Assembly (NCBI GenBank): GCA_039630085.1
Contig: JBCNVM010000007.1
Coordinates: 1-64,000 of the forward strand
DNA from: Candidatus Caldarchaeales archaeon
GTDB lineage: Archaea; Thermoproteota; Nitrososphaeria_A; Caldarchaeales; Calditenuaceae
Reading direction: 5' to 3'
DNA: 64,000 bases
Part shown: one piece after another, positions 37,580 to 47,907 of the stretch
Position numbering within the stretch: the first letter of the stretch is position 1
Layout: each line of letters begins with the position of its first letter
Made by a program: the position numbers and the translations under genes
Notes under the pieces: generated by a model
Databases searched by the model: none
Seen by the model: the letters and a program-made list of their open reading frames with translations, nothing else
Told to the model about the DNA's origin: nothing

Positions 37580-38836
37580 ATGGAGCGGTTTCAGTTGAAA
37601 GTCAGGGGTCGGGAGGACCCCTTGGAAGACCTCATAAGGAGGACGCTCGACGGGAGGTCGCCCTTCAGGAACAGGGAAGTCCTCAGGTCCGACTACATCC
37701 CCGAGAACCTTCCACACAGGTGGGAGCACGTCAGGAGGCTGGGGGAGATCCTCTCGCCGAGCCTTAAGACGGTCAGGCCGAGCAACGTCTTCGTCTACGG
37801 GAAGACAGGGACGGGAAAGACCGCGGTCGCGAAGCACGTCCTGAAGAGATTCTCGCGGGAGGCGGAGCGGCAGGGCCTCGACCTGAGGTTCGTCTACGTG
37901 AACTGCAGGCTCTCCGGGACCGAGTACAGGGTGATCTCGGAGCTCTGCGGGGCCCTGGGCGTAAGGGTCCCCTTCACCGGCCTCTCGAAGGCCGAGGTCC
38001 TCTCCAGGTTCAGGAACGCCCTCTACAGGTCCAACTCCCTCGTCATAGCGTGCCTCGACGAGATCGACCACTTGGTCAAGACCAGCGGCGACGAGTTCCT
38101 CTACGCCCTCACGAGGATCAACGAGGGCTCCGAGGGCGGGCAGCTCTCCCTGATAGGGATCTCCAACGACCTCACTTTCAAGGAGATGCTGGACCCGAGG
38201 GTCCTCTCGTCCCTCAGCGAGGAGGAGATCGTCTTCCACCCCTACACCGCGGTCGAGCTGGTCGACATCCTCAGCGAGAGGGCCTCGATGGCGCTTCACG
38301 AGGGCGCGATCTCCGAGGGCGTGATCCAGCTCTGCGCGGCCCTCGCGGCGGCCGAGCACGGTGACGCGAGGAGGGCGATCGACCTTTTGAGGGTCGCAGC
38401 GGAGCTCGCGGAGAGGGAGGGCTCGGCGGTCGTCGAGGAGAGGCACGTCAGGGAGGCCTACGGCGTGATCGAGCAGGGCAGGGTCTACGAGGCCCTCTCA
38501 ACCCTCCCCCTCCACGGCAGGGCGATCCTCCTCTCGGTCTACCAGTGCGTCAGGGCCGGCGTCCAGAGGATAACCACCGGCATGGTCTACGCGCAGTACA
38601 GGAGGATCTGCGAGCACCTGGGGATCGAGCCCCTCACCGACAGGAGGGTCAGCTCGATACTCTCGGAGCTCGGGATGCTGGGCGTGATAACGAGCGACGT
38701 CGTGAGCTACGGCCGCTACGGCAGGACCAGGAGGATCTCGCTGAACATCCCGGTCCACGAGCTCGAGGATGTCCTCCTGCACGACGAGGCCCTCGCGGGG
38801 GCCTTGGACGTCCCCCTGAGCCAGAAGGAGGGCTGA
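37580..38836 (+). CDS. cdc6: Orc1/Cdc6 replication initiator
   Basis: YIPENLPHR, YGKTGTGKT, LDEID, GISND, HGDARRAIDLLR, C-terminal wHTH with GRYGRTR. Confidence 0.97.
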   Translation: MERFQLKVRGREDPLEDLIRRTLDGRSPFRNREVLRSDYIPENLPHRWEHVRRLGEILSPSLKTVRPSNVFVYGKTGTGKTAVAKHVLKRFSREAERQGLDLRFVYVNCRLSGTEYRVISELCGALGVRVPFTGLSKAEVLSRFRNALYRSNSLVIACLDEIDHLVKTSGDEFLYALTRINEGSEGGQLSLIGISNDLTFKEMLDPRVLSSLSEEEIVFHPYTAVELVDILSERASMALHEGAISEGVIQLCAALAAAEHGDARRAIDLLRVAAELAEREGSAVVEERHVREAYGVIEQGRVYEALSTLPLHGRAILLSVYQCVRAGVQRITTGMVYAQYRRICEHLGIEPLTDRRVSSILSELGMLGVITSDVVSYGRYGRTRRISLNIPVHELEDVLLHDEALAGALDVPLSQKEG

Positions 38837-38848
38837 AGGGCGCGAAGG

Positions 38849-40312
38849 ATGGCCGCGGCCGGAAGGCGGAGGCTCTCGCCCGAGAGGGTCGTCAGGTCCT
38901 TCTCCAGGTCCGGTTACGGCATAACCGCGGACGCCTTGGCGAGGGTCGTGGAGCTCTTCGCGACCGAGTCCGAGCTCGAGGAGCTCCTCTCGAGGATCAG
39001 GTCCAAGCTGCCGCGGGGCTCGGTCCTCGACGAGCGAACGATCTCCGAGCTCGTTCCCTCCGGGAGGCCGGAAACCCCGACGAGCGTCGAGCCGAAGGAG
39101 GTCAGGCCCGAGGCGGAGCTGAGGGTCATCTCCCCGACCTACGAGGACCTCAGGATCGAGGGGACCTACGAGGAGTTCCAGGCCCACAGGGCATCGAGGT
39201 ACGCGGGGCTCAGGTCGCTCCTCGAGGCGAGGGGGCTCGCGCTGAGGTCTGTCAGGGAGCTCCTGGAGTCGGGCCAGGAGGGCTACGCCGCGTGCGCGGT
39301 GAACGACGTCAGGTCCTCCGACGGGAGGTTCGTCCTGAGGCTCGAGGACCCGAGCGGCGTCTGGACCGCGTTCGCGCCGGCCAAGGACAGGAGGCTCACG
39401 GAGAGGCTCGAGCTCCTCGCCAGGGACATGGTCGTCGCGGTGAGGGCGGTGGGGAAGGGAGGGAGGATCGTCGTCAGGGATGTCGTCTTCCCGGAGGTCT
39501 CGACGTCGAGGAACGCGTTCAGGGGCCCCGACGTCAGGGTCTGCGTGGTCTCGGACGTCCACGTCGGGAGCTCGAAGTTCGAGAGGGAGGCGTTCGAGGA
39601 GTTCCTCAACTGGCTCTCGGACGAGTGGGAGGCCCTCAACGTCAGGTACCTCGTCGTCAACGGCGACCTCGTCGACGGCGTCTTCGTCTATCCGGGCCAG
39701 AGGGAGGAGCTGGAGCTGAAGTCGCTGAGGGAGCAGTTCGCGGAGGCTGGGAGGCTCCTCTCCAGGGTCCCGAGGGAGGTAAAGGTCGTCTACATCCCGG
39801 GGAACCACGAGCCCGTCAGGAAGGCCCTTCCCCAGCCCCCAATCCCGAGGGAGTACAGGACGGTCCTCGACCCGGAGGGGAGGTTCGAGTACGCGGGGAA
39901 CCCGGCCCTGATGGAGCTCGGGGGCGCGAGGCTCCTCTTCTCGCACGGCCAGACGATGGACGACGTCATCCAGCTCAGCTCCAGGTTCTCCTACAGCGGC
40001 CTGAGGGAGGACATCGGGGACCTGATGGAGGTCTTCCTGAGGTGCAGGCACCTGGCTCCGGCGGTCGAGGTTACGCCGGTCCTCCCCCTTCCGCGCGATC
40101 CCCTCCTCATCGAGGAGGTCCCCGACGTCCTTGCGATGGGACACGTCCACGTCGCGGCCGTGAGGAGCTACAGGGGCGTGAGGCTGGTTAACTCGGGGAC
40201 CTGGCAGGGCCAGACGAGGCTCCAGAGGAGCGTCGGCCTCGAGCCGACAGTGGGGACCGCGGCCCTGATCGACGCGAGGGACCTCTCCGCGAGGGTCCTG
40301 AAGTTCGGGTGA
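38849..40312 (+). CDS. DNA polymerase D small subunit DP1
   Basis: SDVHVGS, GDLVDG.FVYPGQ, PGNHE, HLAP, MGHVH, NSGTWQGQT. Confidence 0.95.
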   Translation: MAAAGRRRLSPERVVRSFSRSGYGITADALARVVELFATESELEELLSRIRSKLPRGSVLDERTISELVPSGRPETPTSVEPKEVRPEAELRVISPTYEDLRIEGTYEEFQAHRASRYAGLRSLLEARGLALRSVRELLESGQEGYAACAVNDVRSSDGRFVLRLEDPSGVWTAFAPAKDRRLTERLELLARDMVVAVRAVGKGGRIVVRDVVFPEVSTSRNAFRGPDVRVCVVSDVHVGSSKFEREAFEEFLNWLSDEWEALNVRYLVVNGDLVDGVFVYPGQREELELKSLREQFAEAGRLLSRVPREVKVVYIPGNHEPVRKALPQPPIPREYRTVLDPEGRFEYAGNPALMELGGARLLFSHGQTMDDVIQLSSRFSYSGLREDIGDLMEVFLRCRHLAPAVEVTPVLPLPRDPLLIEEVPDVLAMGHVHVAAVRSYRGVRLVNSGTWQGQTRLQRSVGLEPTVGTAALIDARDLSARVLKFG

Positions 40313-40314
40313 GC

Positions 40315-43300
40315 TCAGAGGAAGCTCCTCAGGCTGGTCTGCCTGCCCCTCTCGGGAGGGCGCGAACCGGACCCGAAGAGCTGCGAGAGGGCGCCCAGCG
40401 ACTCGAGCGTCGCCTCCCTTATCGCTTGGTCCCTGACGTACCGCTCCATCAGCCTCAGCACCAGGTCCACGTTCTTCTCGACCATCCCCCTGTAGACCGT
40501 GAGGCCGAGGGGTTCCCCGCAGACGAGGCACGCGCCCCTGAGGGGAGGCCTAGCGTACTTCGCGTTGCACCTCCTGCAGATGAACCGCTGCATGAAGAAG
40601 GCCCTGAGGTTCCCGATGACGTCCGGGAGGACGTGGACCTCCATGACCCTCTCCGCGACCAGCGACGGGTCCACGGCCGCGACCCTCTCCGCCAGCCTCA
40701 TCTGGGCCTCGATCTTGTCGACGAGCCTCTCGAGCCTCTTGTAGGAGGACGACGTGACCGGGTGGGAGAGGAGGAACGAAGGGACCGAGAAGCCGTTGCC
40801 CTGGAGGCACTCGGGCGCTCCGACCCTCTGGCCCACCAGGGGAATCTGCCCCGCGAGGTCCGGGGCCTTCGCGGACGAGAGCGCGGCCTCGTAGAACTCG
40901 AGCGGGTATCTGGTCGCGACGTCGACGTTGTGGGACTGCTCGTCGACCTCGGCAGGGTCCACGACGACCGTGACCAGAAGGGGCGCGTCCATCGAGCCAC
41001 CGACCCTGTCGGGGAGGTAGAGCCTGCTGAAGTTGATGAGGAAGTCCGCAAGGAGCGAGACGCTGTCCTCGTCGCCGTCGCAGTCCCTCCTCTTCGCGGC
41101 GTGGACGAACGGGTGGGCGTAGACGACCTCGGCGTCCGTGAACCCGATCACCCTGCAGACGACCGCCCCGTAGGTGTGAGGGGAGATGGTCGCGACCAGG
41201 GCCCCCACGCAGTCATCGGGACTCGACCAGCCGTAGAGGGGCTCGAGGCCGTTGGCCTGGAGGTACCTGTCGACGAACTTGGAGACCCTGAAGAGGTGCT
41301 CGGCCATCCTCCTCGGGACGACGACGTCCTGCGGGAGGAGCTCGCAGACCTGTTCCTCCGAGACGAGCGGGTCGCCCCTGAAGTCCCTCTCGTAACCGAG
41401 CTCCTTGAGGACCTCGACCGGGACCGAGACTTCCTTCGGCCTGAAGTGGGTGAGGGGGGCGTTGGTCGCGTCGAACCTGACCGTCCCGTCCCTGTAGACG
41501 TAGAGCCCGAGGGAGGCCCTCAGCACGCCCTTCAGGAGGTCCTCGGGGACCGCGAACCTGCTGATCAGCTCCCTCACGCCCTTCACCTCCTCCACAAGCT
41601 CCCCCGCGGCCCTCATCGCTGCCTCGAGCTCCGACCTCAGTTCGACCTGATGGGTAACGCTGGTCACGAGCGGAGACCCGCACCTCTCGCACTTCCCGAC
41701 CTCGGGCTCGACGTATTCGTCGCCGCAGCCGGCACACCTCGAGAAGACGACGGTCGGCGAGCCGCAGGACTCGCACCTAGGTCTCCAAGTGACCCTCCCG
41801 CAGGACTGGCAGGACCTCGAGTTGAGCCTGAGGGGAACCCTGCTGAGCCTCGAGGCCTCGACCAGAGACCTCTTGGGGCCTCTGGAGAGCCCCACCGGGA
41901 AGAGGACGTGGGCCGGGGGCTTCATCCTCCTCTGGGCGGCCTTCTCCGGCCTTCCCATCCTCGCCCCGACCACGGAACCCATCCTCGGCCTGTACGGGTG
42001 GCCCGAGAGGGCCGAGAGCGCCTGACGGACGTCCATCCCCGAAACGTCGACGGGCTTGAAGGGCCTGAAGAGGAAGACGAGCGCCTTCAGCCACTGGACC
42101 TCGAGGAGGATCCTCCCGTCCCTGACCCGGTGCGGGACGAGCATCGACTCGAGGGCGGCCTTCGCGGAGGCGTCGAAGGGGAGGGACCTGTAGCGCCTGA
42201 CGTTCGAGGAGATCCACCTCCTGATCGCCTCGATCTGCTGGCCGGTCGAGTTGTCCCAGAAGGGCATGTACCTCGGGTGGATCGGGACGCCGAGCCTCGC
42301 GGAGATCCTGCAGGCGACCTCGACGGGAGGCACGTTCCTAAAGGGGTCAGCGTCGGCGAGCCTCACCCACTCCGCGTCATCGCGCAGGTCGACGCGCCGC
42401 TCGGCGACGGCCCTCTTGACCTCCTCTACCCACCACTCCTCGCAGTAGCCGGGAGGCCGGAGCCTGACGTTGCCCTCGACGCAGTCGCCGAAGCTCACCA
42501 GCAGGTCCCCCACGAAGAGCACCTTCTCCCCGAACCTGAGGGCCTCCTCGAGCCTCTCCTGCGAGTCGACCCTAACGACCGAGCCGTCCGAGAGCCTCAC
42601 GACCGGAGGCTCGATCGCGTCGACCGGCATCGCGACCCCCGCCTTCCCCGGGAAGTCGACCCTGAGCTGCGTCCCCGGGACGACGAAGTCGTCGAGGACC
42701 CTCATCGAGTAGGGGTGGACTCCGAGGGCCGACATCGAGGTGTTCGGGGCCCTTCCGTACCTGACCCTGAAGCCCCCGAACCTCCCCGAGAGCGAGAGGA
42801 CAGGCCTCCCGGCTATGACCTCGTCGACCGCGGAGGCGTTGGTCTTCGCGCCCTTCGCCGCCTCCGAGACCTCCTCGAGCCAGTCCCAGCCGTCGAGCCC
42901 GACGGCCCTCACGAGCTTCAGGACCTTCTTCGCCCTCCCGACGATGCCGTCGTGGACGACCCTGAGGGCCCCTCCGCGCAGGTAGGGGGTCTCGACCCTG
43001 TAGACCTCCCTGAAGGACGGGACGGGTATCGGGTCGGTGGGAACGCCGGTGATCTCGATGGGAAGCCTCCTCAGCACGAACTCCAGGACCTCGTCGGGGA
43101 CGTTGAACTGGAACCTCCCGACCTTCCTCCTGTAGGTCCGTACCTCCTCAAGGAACCTCATCACCTCCTCGTCGGTCGGCCTGTAGGGCGCGAGGCCCAT
43201 CAGCCTCCTGACGTGGTCCGCGAGGACTACCGAGCCCGCGACCTCCGTCCCTCCGGCAGACCTGATCGGGTTCGCGTAGTAGACCGAGAGGTGTTCGGAC

Positions 43301-43701
43301 CCGTCGGGGTTGGACTTCACCCTCACCGCCGAGATCCCCTCGGTCGGCGCGGCTGTGGTCCCCGGAGGCGTCATCACGGCCATGCAGACCCTGAAGACCC
43401 TCGTGAGCGTCGGCTCGTCGGGTTCGCCGTGCTCCTCGAGGAGCCTCTCCGCGAGCCTGAAGGGCAGGAGCTCCTTCCCGGCCCCGGACCTCAGCGCCCT
43501 CACGAGCCCCGCGACTCCCTTCAGCCCCGTCAGCAGCTCGACCCTCTCGGCCATGTCGTCGGCGACCATCACCTCGACCGAGGCCGTCGGCGAGCAGGTC
43601 CTCCTCCTTACCTCCGTCGCGACCGCGTGCTGCATCCGGAACTCCGACCTGATCGACTCGTAGTACCTCTTCAGCCGCTCCGGGAGCGAGTCCAGCTCCA
43701 C
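40315..43701 (-). CDS. DNA polymerase D large subunit DP2
   Basis: PIRSAGGT, RMGRPEK, HVLFPVG, DGTVRFD, HAAKRRDCDGDED, GNLRAF, C-terminal PIP-like QTSLRSFL; no intein evident. Confidence 0.97.
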   Translation of the reverse strand: MELDSLPERLKRYYESIRSEFRMQHAVATEVRRRTCSPTASVEVMVADDMAERVELLTGLKGVAGLVRALRSGAGKELLPFRLAERLLEEHGEPDEPTLTRVFRVCMAVMTPPGTTAAPTEGISAVRVKSNPDGSEHLSVYYANPIRSAGGTEVAGSVVLADHVRRLMGLAPYRPTDEEVMRFLEEVRTYRRKVGRFQFNVPDEVLEFVLRRLPIEITGVPTDPIPVPSFREVYRVETPYLRGGALRVVHDGIVGRAKKVLKLVRAVGLDGWDWLEEVSEAAKGAKTNASAVDEVIAGRPVLSLSGRFGGFRVRYGRAPNTSMSALGVHPYSMRVLDDFVVPGTQLRVDFPGKAGVAMPVDAIEPPVVRLSDGSVVRVDSQERLEEALRFGEKVLFVGDLLVSFGDCVEGNVRLRPPGYCEEWWVEEVKRAVAERRVDLRDDAEWVRLADADPFRNVPPVEVACRISARLGVPIHPRYMPFWDNSTGQQIEAIRRWISSNVRRYRSLPFDASAKAALESMLVPHRVRDGRILLEVQWLKALVFLFRPFKPVDVSGMDVRQALSALSGHPYRPRMGSVVGARMGRPEKAAQRRMKPPAHVLFPVGLSRGPKRSLVEASRLSRVPLRLNSRSCQSCGRVTWRPRCESCGSPTVVFSRCAGCGDEYVEPEVGKCERCGSPLVTSVTHQVELRSELEAAMRAAGELVEEVKGVRELISRFAVPEDLLKGVLRASLGLYVYRDGTVRFDATNAPLTHFRPKEVSVPVEVLKELGYERDFRGDPLVSEEQVCELLPQDVVVPRRMAEHLFRVSKFVDRYLQANGLEPLYGWSSPDDCVGALVATISPHTYGAVVCRVIGFTDAEVVYAHPFVHAAKRRDCDGDEDSVSLLADFLINFSRLYLPDRVGGSMDAPLLVTVVVDPAEVDEQSHNVDVATRYPLEFYEAALSSAKAPDLAGQIPLVGQRVGAPECLQGNGFSVPSFLLSHPVTSSSYKRLERLVDKIEAQMRLAERVAAVDPSLVAERVMEVHVLPDVIGNLRAFFMQRFICRRCNAKYARPPLRGACLVCGEPLGLTVYRGMVEKNVDLVLRLMERYVRDQAIREATLESLGALSQLFGSGSRPPERGRQTSLRSFL

Positions 43702-43780
43702 GTCCAGCCCTCTCGGTCTCGGGCCCGAGATTAACGCGACGCGGTCCGCGAACGGCGGCGATCCTCCGGGATCTCCGGGG

Positions 43781-44722
43781 TCAGACCGTCCTCACCGAGA
43801 GGTCCGAGAAGCACTGCGCGCAGACGAGGTGTCCCTCGCCGACCTTCCTCGCGATCGAGAGGGGCGCGGAGCAGACCGGACACCTGAGGCCGTAGGCGAC
43901 CTTCCTGAACTGCCTTCCACACGAGGGGCACGAGACGGCGTCTAGGGGGCTCTCGGCCCCGCACCCGGAGCATACCATCGACCTGCTCGCGCTGACGGCC
44001 TCTACCTTCACCCTCCCTCCGGCGGGGGAAGGGACCGAGGGCGCTGACGGCCTCTGCGGCGCCGCTGGGACCGGAGCGGTCGCAGGACTTACCGGCGGCG
44101 CGGCGCCTTCCGTCGGTCTGAGGGGAGCGCGGGCCCTGAGACGGGGCTCAGTGAACAGCGCCCGACCCCTCGCCGCGGTCCCGAGCCTGAGGAAGGAGAC
44201 GCCCGCGGAGACCCCGGAGACCATCATCGCGACCCCGGCCGCGACCACGAAGGCGACGGTCGCGTCGGAGGGCGCCTGGAGGGCCTGTATCCTCAGGAGG
44301 CCCGAGAACGCGACGTAGTCCAGGTAGGCGACGCTGTAGAGGCTCACGAGGGCGAGGTAGAACGTCCTCACGCGGTAGGAGGACCCGAGCCTGACGTACC
44401 AGTAGGCGTCCATGACGGAGTAAACCGTCCACGGTATCGCGGCCAGCGGCAGCGTCTGCTCCCCGTCACCGGAAGATCCGGCGACCACCGAGACGTAGGT
44501 GAGGGCGCCGAGCGCGGCCAGCGCGGGGAACATGAACCCTCCCCCTCCGATCGACCTGCCGAGCCTCCTCCATCCGACCGACCTGAGCCCGATCGAGACC
44601 GGGTATGAGACGAGCGCCACGGGGTAGAGCGGGAAGAGGACGAAGGGCATAGCGTTGAGGGCGCAGAGGAAGTACCCCGCAGCGATCAGCCTCAAGCCCC
44701 TCGATCCGCTCGCCGCCCTCAC
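43781..44722 (-). CDS. Membrane protein with C-terminal double zinc ribbon
   Basis: Several TM helices, Pro/Ala-rich linker, CSGC/CPSC/CPVC/CAQC; start approximate. Confidence 0.7.
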   Translation of the reverse strand: MRAASGSRGLRLIAAGYFLCALNAMPFVLFPLYPVALVSYPVSIGLRSVGWRRLGRSIGGGGFMFPALAALGALTYVSVVAGSSGDGEQTLPLAAIPWTVYSVMDAYWYVRLGSSYRVRTFYLALVSLYSVAYLDYVAFSGLLRIQALQAPSDATVAFVVAAGVAMMVSGVSAGVSFLRLGTAARGRALFTEPRLRARAPLRPTEGAAPPVSPATAPVPAAPQRPSAPSVPSPAGGRVKVEAVSASRSMVCSGCGAESPLDAVSCPSCGRQFRKVAYGLRCPVCSAPLSIARKVGEGHLVCAQCFSDLSVRTV

Positions 44723-44786
44723 ATATCCTTTCCGCGATGACGTGACGACGGGAATACCTTTGAATTGGCTCCCGCGGCCCGGAAGC

Positions 44787-45614
44787 TCAGCGCGAGGCCC
44801 TGCCCCGAGCTCCTTGGACCTGAGCCCTGAGCGAGGCACCCTCCCTGACGCCCTCGACGACCCTGCCCAGAGCGTTGACGTCCCTCTCCGCGAGCGTCCC
44901 GGTCACGACGACGTCCGCGCCGGCCCTCACCGCCTCCCTCGCCTGCTCTCCGCTCCTGATACCTCCGCCGACGATCACCGGAAGGTCGACGGCCCTCTTC
45001 ACGGTCCCGATCACCTCGGAGGGGAGGGGCTCGGGGACGCCGGAGCCGGCCTCGAGGTATACGAACCTCATCCCTAGGTACTGGGCGGCCAGCGCGTACG
45101 CCGCCGCGATGTTCGGCTTGTGGATCGGTATCGGGTAGACCCTTCCGACGACCGCGACCGAGGACTCGGACCCGAAGACGATGTAGCCCATCGGTATCGC
45201 CTCGAGGCCGTACTCCTTAACCAGGAACGCGCCGTGGACCTGGGCCCCGAGGATGAACCACCACTCGAGGGAGTTGAGGAGGCTCATGAAGAAGATCGCG
45301 TCGGCGTACCTGCTGACCGCATTGACGTTGTTGGGGAAGATGATGACCGGCTTCTCCGTCGAGGACTTGATCGCCCTTATCGCCTCGTCGTAGGCCTCCC
45401 TCGAGTAGATCGTGGAGCCCCCGACCATGAAGGCGTCCGTGCCCTGCGAGTCCGCCTCCTCGACCAGCCTCCGGAGGTCCTCGGGCCTGACGTTCTCAGG
45501 GTCCAGGAGCGTGAGGTGGGCTGCGCCCCGCTCCTCGATGACGTGATGAAGGTAGCCCTCGACCTTACCGATCCTCGGGAGCATCAACGCCCTCAGCGCC
45601 TCCGTGCCGCTCAT
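44787..45614 (-). CDS. Geranylgeranylglyceryl phosphate synthase
   Basis: HLTLLDP, MVGGST, PVIIFP, FMSLLNS, YLEAGSG, VGGGIR, ADVVVTGT. Confidence 0.93.
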   Translation of the reverse strand: MSGTEALRALMLPRIGKVEGYLHHVIEERGAAHLTLLDPENVRPEDLRRLVEEADSQGTDAFMVGGSTIYSREAYDEAIRAIKSSTEKPVIIFPNNVNAVSRYADAIFFMSLLNSLEWWFILGAQVHGAFLVKEYGLEAIPMGYIVFGSESSVAVVGRVYPIPIHKPNIAAAYALAAQYLGMRFVYLEAGSGVPEPLPSEVIGTVKRAVDLPVIVGGGIRSGEQAREAVRAGADVVVTGTLAERDVNALGRVVEGVREGASLRAQVQGARGRASR

Positions 45615-45710
45615 AAGTATTCCCGGACAGCCAGCCACGTGCCGCTCGGCGGGACCCTTACGCGGGAGCGCCGTGCTGGCTTTATTACGGATGCGGGAGG
45701 CCTGTCGACG

Positions 45711-47033
45711 GTGCTGGACTTCGAGGCGCTGCTCGATAGGATCCGGGCGCGACACGGAGAGGAAGCTGTCAGGAGGGTGCTCGAGCGGGTCGAGGCCGAG
45801 GTCTCGAGGGACCCGAAGCTCACGAGGCTCGGAGCGCTGCTGCTGGTCGCGGGCGAGATGGGCTACCTGAGCAGGGAGGGGGAGGACAGGGACTCGTTGA
45901 GGCTCGCGGACCTCGTCGGAGGCCTGAGGGGGATGACGGTCACCTGCAGGGTCCTGGGGATCAAGGGCCCGGTACAGGTCTCCGGGAGGAAGGTCTCTTA
46001 CGCGAGGGTCGGCGACGGCTCGGCCAAGTTGGACCTCGTCGCCTGGGGGGAGGCCGCGGAGTCGCTCTCGAGGGCCCAGGTGGGGTTCGGGGACGCGGTC
46101 AGGCTCACGAACGTCAGGGTCTCCGAGAGGGCCGGAGGGCTGCTGGAGCTGCACGTCGACGAGCGGTCGACCGTCGCGAAGGTCGAGGCCCCTTGGATTC
46201 CGCCCGCCGGGTCGATGTTCGAGAGGTCCCTCTCCGCGGGGAGCAGAGGGCCCCTCGACGTCGAGGCGACGGTCCTGGGCGTGGGTGCTCCGAGGAGCTT
46301 CGCGGGACCGAAGGGCCCTTCGAGCGTGAGGAGCGCGCTCCTGCTGGTCGGGGGCTTCCCGGCGCTGCTGTCCGCGAGAGATGAGCATCTGGCCGGAGAA
46401 CAGCTCGAGCCCTGGACGGCCTACAGGTTCGCTTCGCTGAGGCTGAAGGAGGGGAGGCTCGTCACGACGTCGAGGACCTGCGCGTCGAGGTCCGGCCCCG
46501 TCAGCCCCGAGGAGGCGCTGGGCGCGGTGAGGGTCCTGGGCCCCTCGGGCAGGGGTTACGCTCCCGCGACCAACGGCAGGTTCTGGTTGAGGCTCGGGGG
46601 CGAAGTTCCCCCGCAGGGCGAGGCCGTCGTCATCAGGTCAGCCCGCTTCGAGGAGAGGGGGAGGGCCTGGTTCCTGGTCGTGGGCGAGCGCGAGCCTGTC
46701 GGGGCCGAGGTCGGGGGCCCGCTGGACGTTCCTCTGGACTCGCTGGCGGAGGGCATGAGGGAGGTCTCGGTCAGGGGGAGGCTGGTCGGGAAGTCGGCGG
46801 TCTCAGAGGTCAGGACCGCGGCCGGGAGGGTGAAGGCGATGGCCTTCTGGCTGACCGACGGAGGCAGGTCGATCGTCTGCAGGGCGTGGAGGGAGGCTTG
46901 CGACGCGGTGAGCGGAATCCCGGAGGGGGCCGAGGTGAGGCTGAGGTTCGTGAGGGTCTCGAGGAGCAGGTGGGGAGAGCTGGAGGTCCACGTCGACCCC
47001 GAGTCCGAGGTCGAGGAGATCAGGGAGGCCTGA
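45711..47033 (+). CDS. Multi-OB-fold ssDNA-binding protein (RPA-like)
   Basis: VGDGSAKLDLVAWGE, ELHVDERSTV, LTDGGRSIVCRAW, EVHVDPESEV OB-fold patterns. Confidence 0.75.
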   Translation: MLDFEALLDRIRARHGEEAVRRVLERVEAEVSRDPKLTRLGALLLVAGEMGYLSREGEDRDSLRLADLVGGLRGMTVTCRVLGIKGPVQVSGRKVSYARVGDGSAKLDLVAWGEAAESLSRAQVGFGDAVRLTNVRVSERAGGLLELHVDERSTVAKVEAPWIPPAGSMFERSLSAGSRGPLDVEATVLGVGAPRSFAGPKGPSSVRSALLLVGGFPALLSARDEHLAGEQLEPWTAYRFASLRLKEGRLVTTSRTCASRSGPVSPEEALGAVRVLGPSGRGYAPATNGRFWLRLGGEVPPQGEAVVIRSARFEERGRAWFLVVGEREPVGAEVGGPLDVPLDSLAEGMREVSVRGRLVGKSAVSEVRTAAGRVKAMAFWLTDGGRSIVCRAWREACDAVSGIPEGAEVRLRFVRVSRSRWGELEVHVDPESEVEEIREA

Positions 47034-47871
47034 CGTCTACGTCCCCGAAGGAGTCGAAGTAACCCTCCCCCGCGTCCTCCGCGCCCTGAAGCCCTTCGGA
47101 GGGCTCGCTGGGCTGGAAGGACCTCTGGAACTGCGGCGCCCCTTGGAGCGCGGCCTCTATCGTCCTTAGGGGAGGCCCGATCACGACGCCCCGCCCGCGC
47201 ATGATCTCGAAGGTGTAGACCGACATGTCAGCGGGAGACCAGCGCATCTTCCTCACCATCAAAGTCCTGACGAGCCTCCCGCCGACGTTCCTCAGCCCGA
47301 CCACTATCACACCGGAGGAGAGGAACTCCTCGTACCCGAACCTGCTAAGCCTGTTGGAGCCCGAGGGTATGTCGCAGGTGAGGACCGTCGTGGCCCCGAT
47401 CTTCTCCTCCAGGAAGAGGATGATCTCCCTGATGTACTCCCTGACCGCGAACTCTTCGAGCGCCCCGAAGGCCATCGCCGATATCGGGTCCAGCACGATC
47501 CTCGAGACCCTGCCGCCGTTCGTCATCCTGATGATCGTGTCGATGTAGGCCTTGCTGCTCTTCCCGTACTTCCTGAGGTCCTCGGAGAAGATCCTGATCT
47601 CGAAGGGGTAGAGGAGGCCCATCTTGTAATAGGACCAGAGGTCCCACCCGAGGGTCGTCGCTCCGTCCATCACGCCCTGGACCCGCTCGTCGAGGGAGAC
47701 GTACGCGACGTGCTCACCGTTCTTCAGGCCCTCGAGGAGGAAATGGAGGCTGAGGATCGTCTTCCCGACACCCGTCTCTCCGGTTATCAGGTACGTTTTG
47801 CCGCGGATCAACCCTCCGCCAAGTATCCTATCGAGCTTGCCTATTCCGGTGGACACCCTCTCTAGGACCAA
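47020..47871 (-). CDS. KaiC/RAD55-like RecA-superfamily ATPase
   Basis: RVSTGIGKLDRILGGG, GETGVGKT, RIVLDPIS, VRKMRWS. Confidence 0.9.
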   Translation of the reverse strand: MVLERVSTGIGKLDRILGGGLIRGKTYLITGETGVGKTILSLHFLLEGLKNGEHVAYVSLDERVQGVMDGATTLGWDLWSYYKMGLLYPFEIRIFSEDLRKYGKSSKAYIDTIIRMTNGGRVSRIVLDPISAMAFGALEEFAVREYIREIILFLEEKIGATTVLTCDIPSGSNRLSRFGYEEFLSSGVIVVGLRNVGGRLVRTLMVRKMRWSPADMSVYTFEIMRGRGVVIGPPLRTIEAALQGAPQFQRSFQPSEPSEGLQGAEDAGEGYFDSFGDVDVRPP

Positions 47872-47907
47872 TCCTGAGACGGGTCCCCCTCCGTGCTTAA
47901 AAGAGTA

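Noticed and set aside
40309-43734. 1141-aa antisense ORF covering DP2, and many similar long shadow ORFs (26920-28497, 38498-40531, 1883-3118)
   Set aside because: Expected by-product of strong GC3 bias, where rare TTA/CTA/TCA codons give few antisense stops; translations are low-complexity with no motifs
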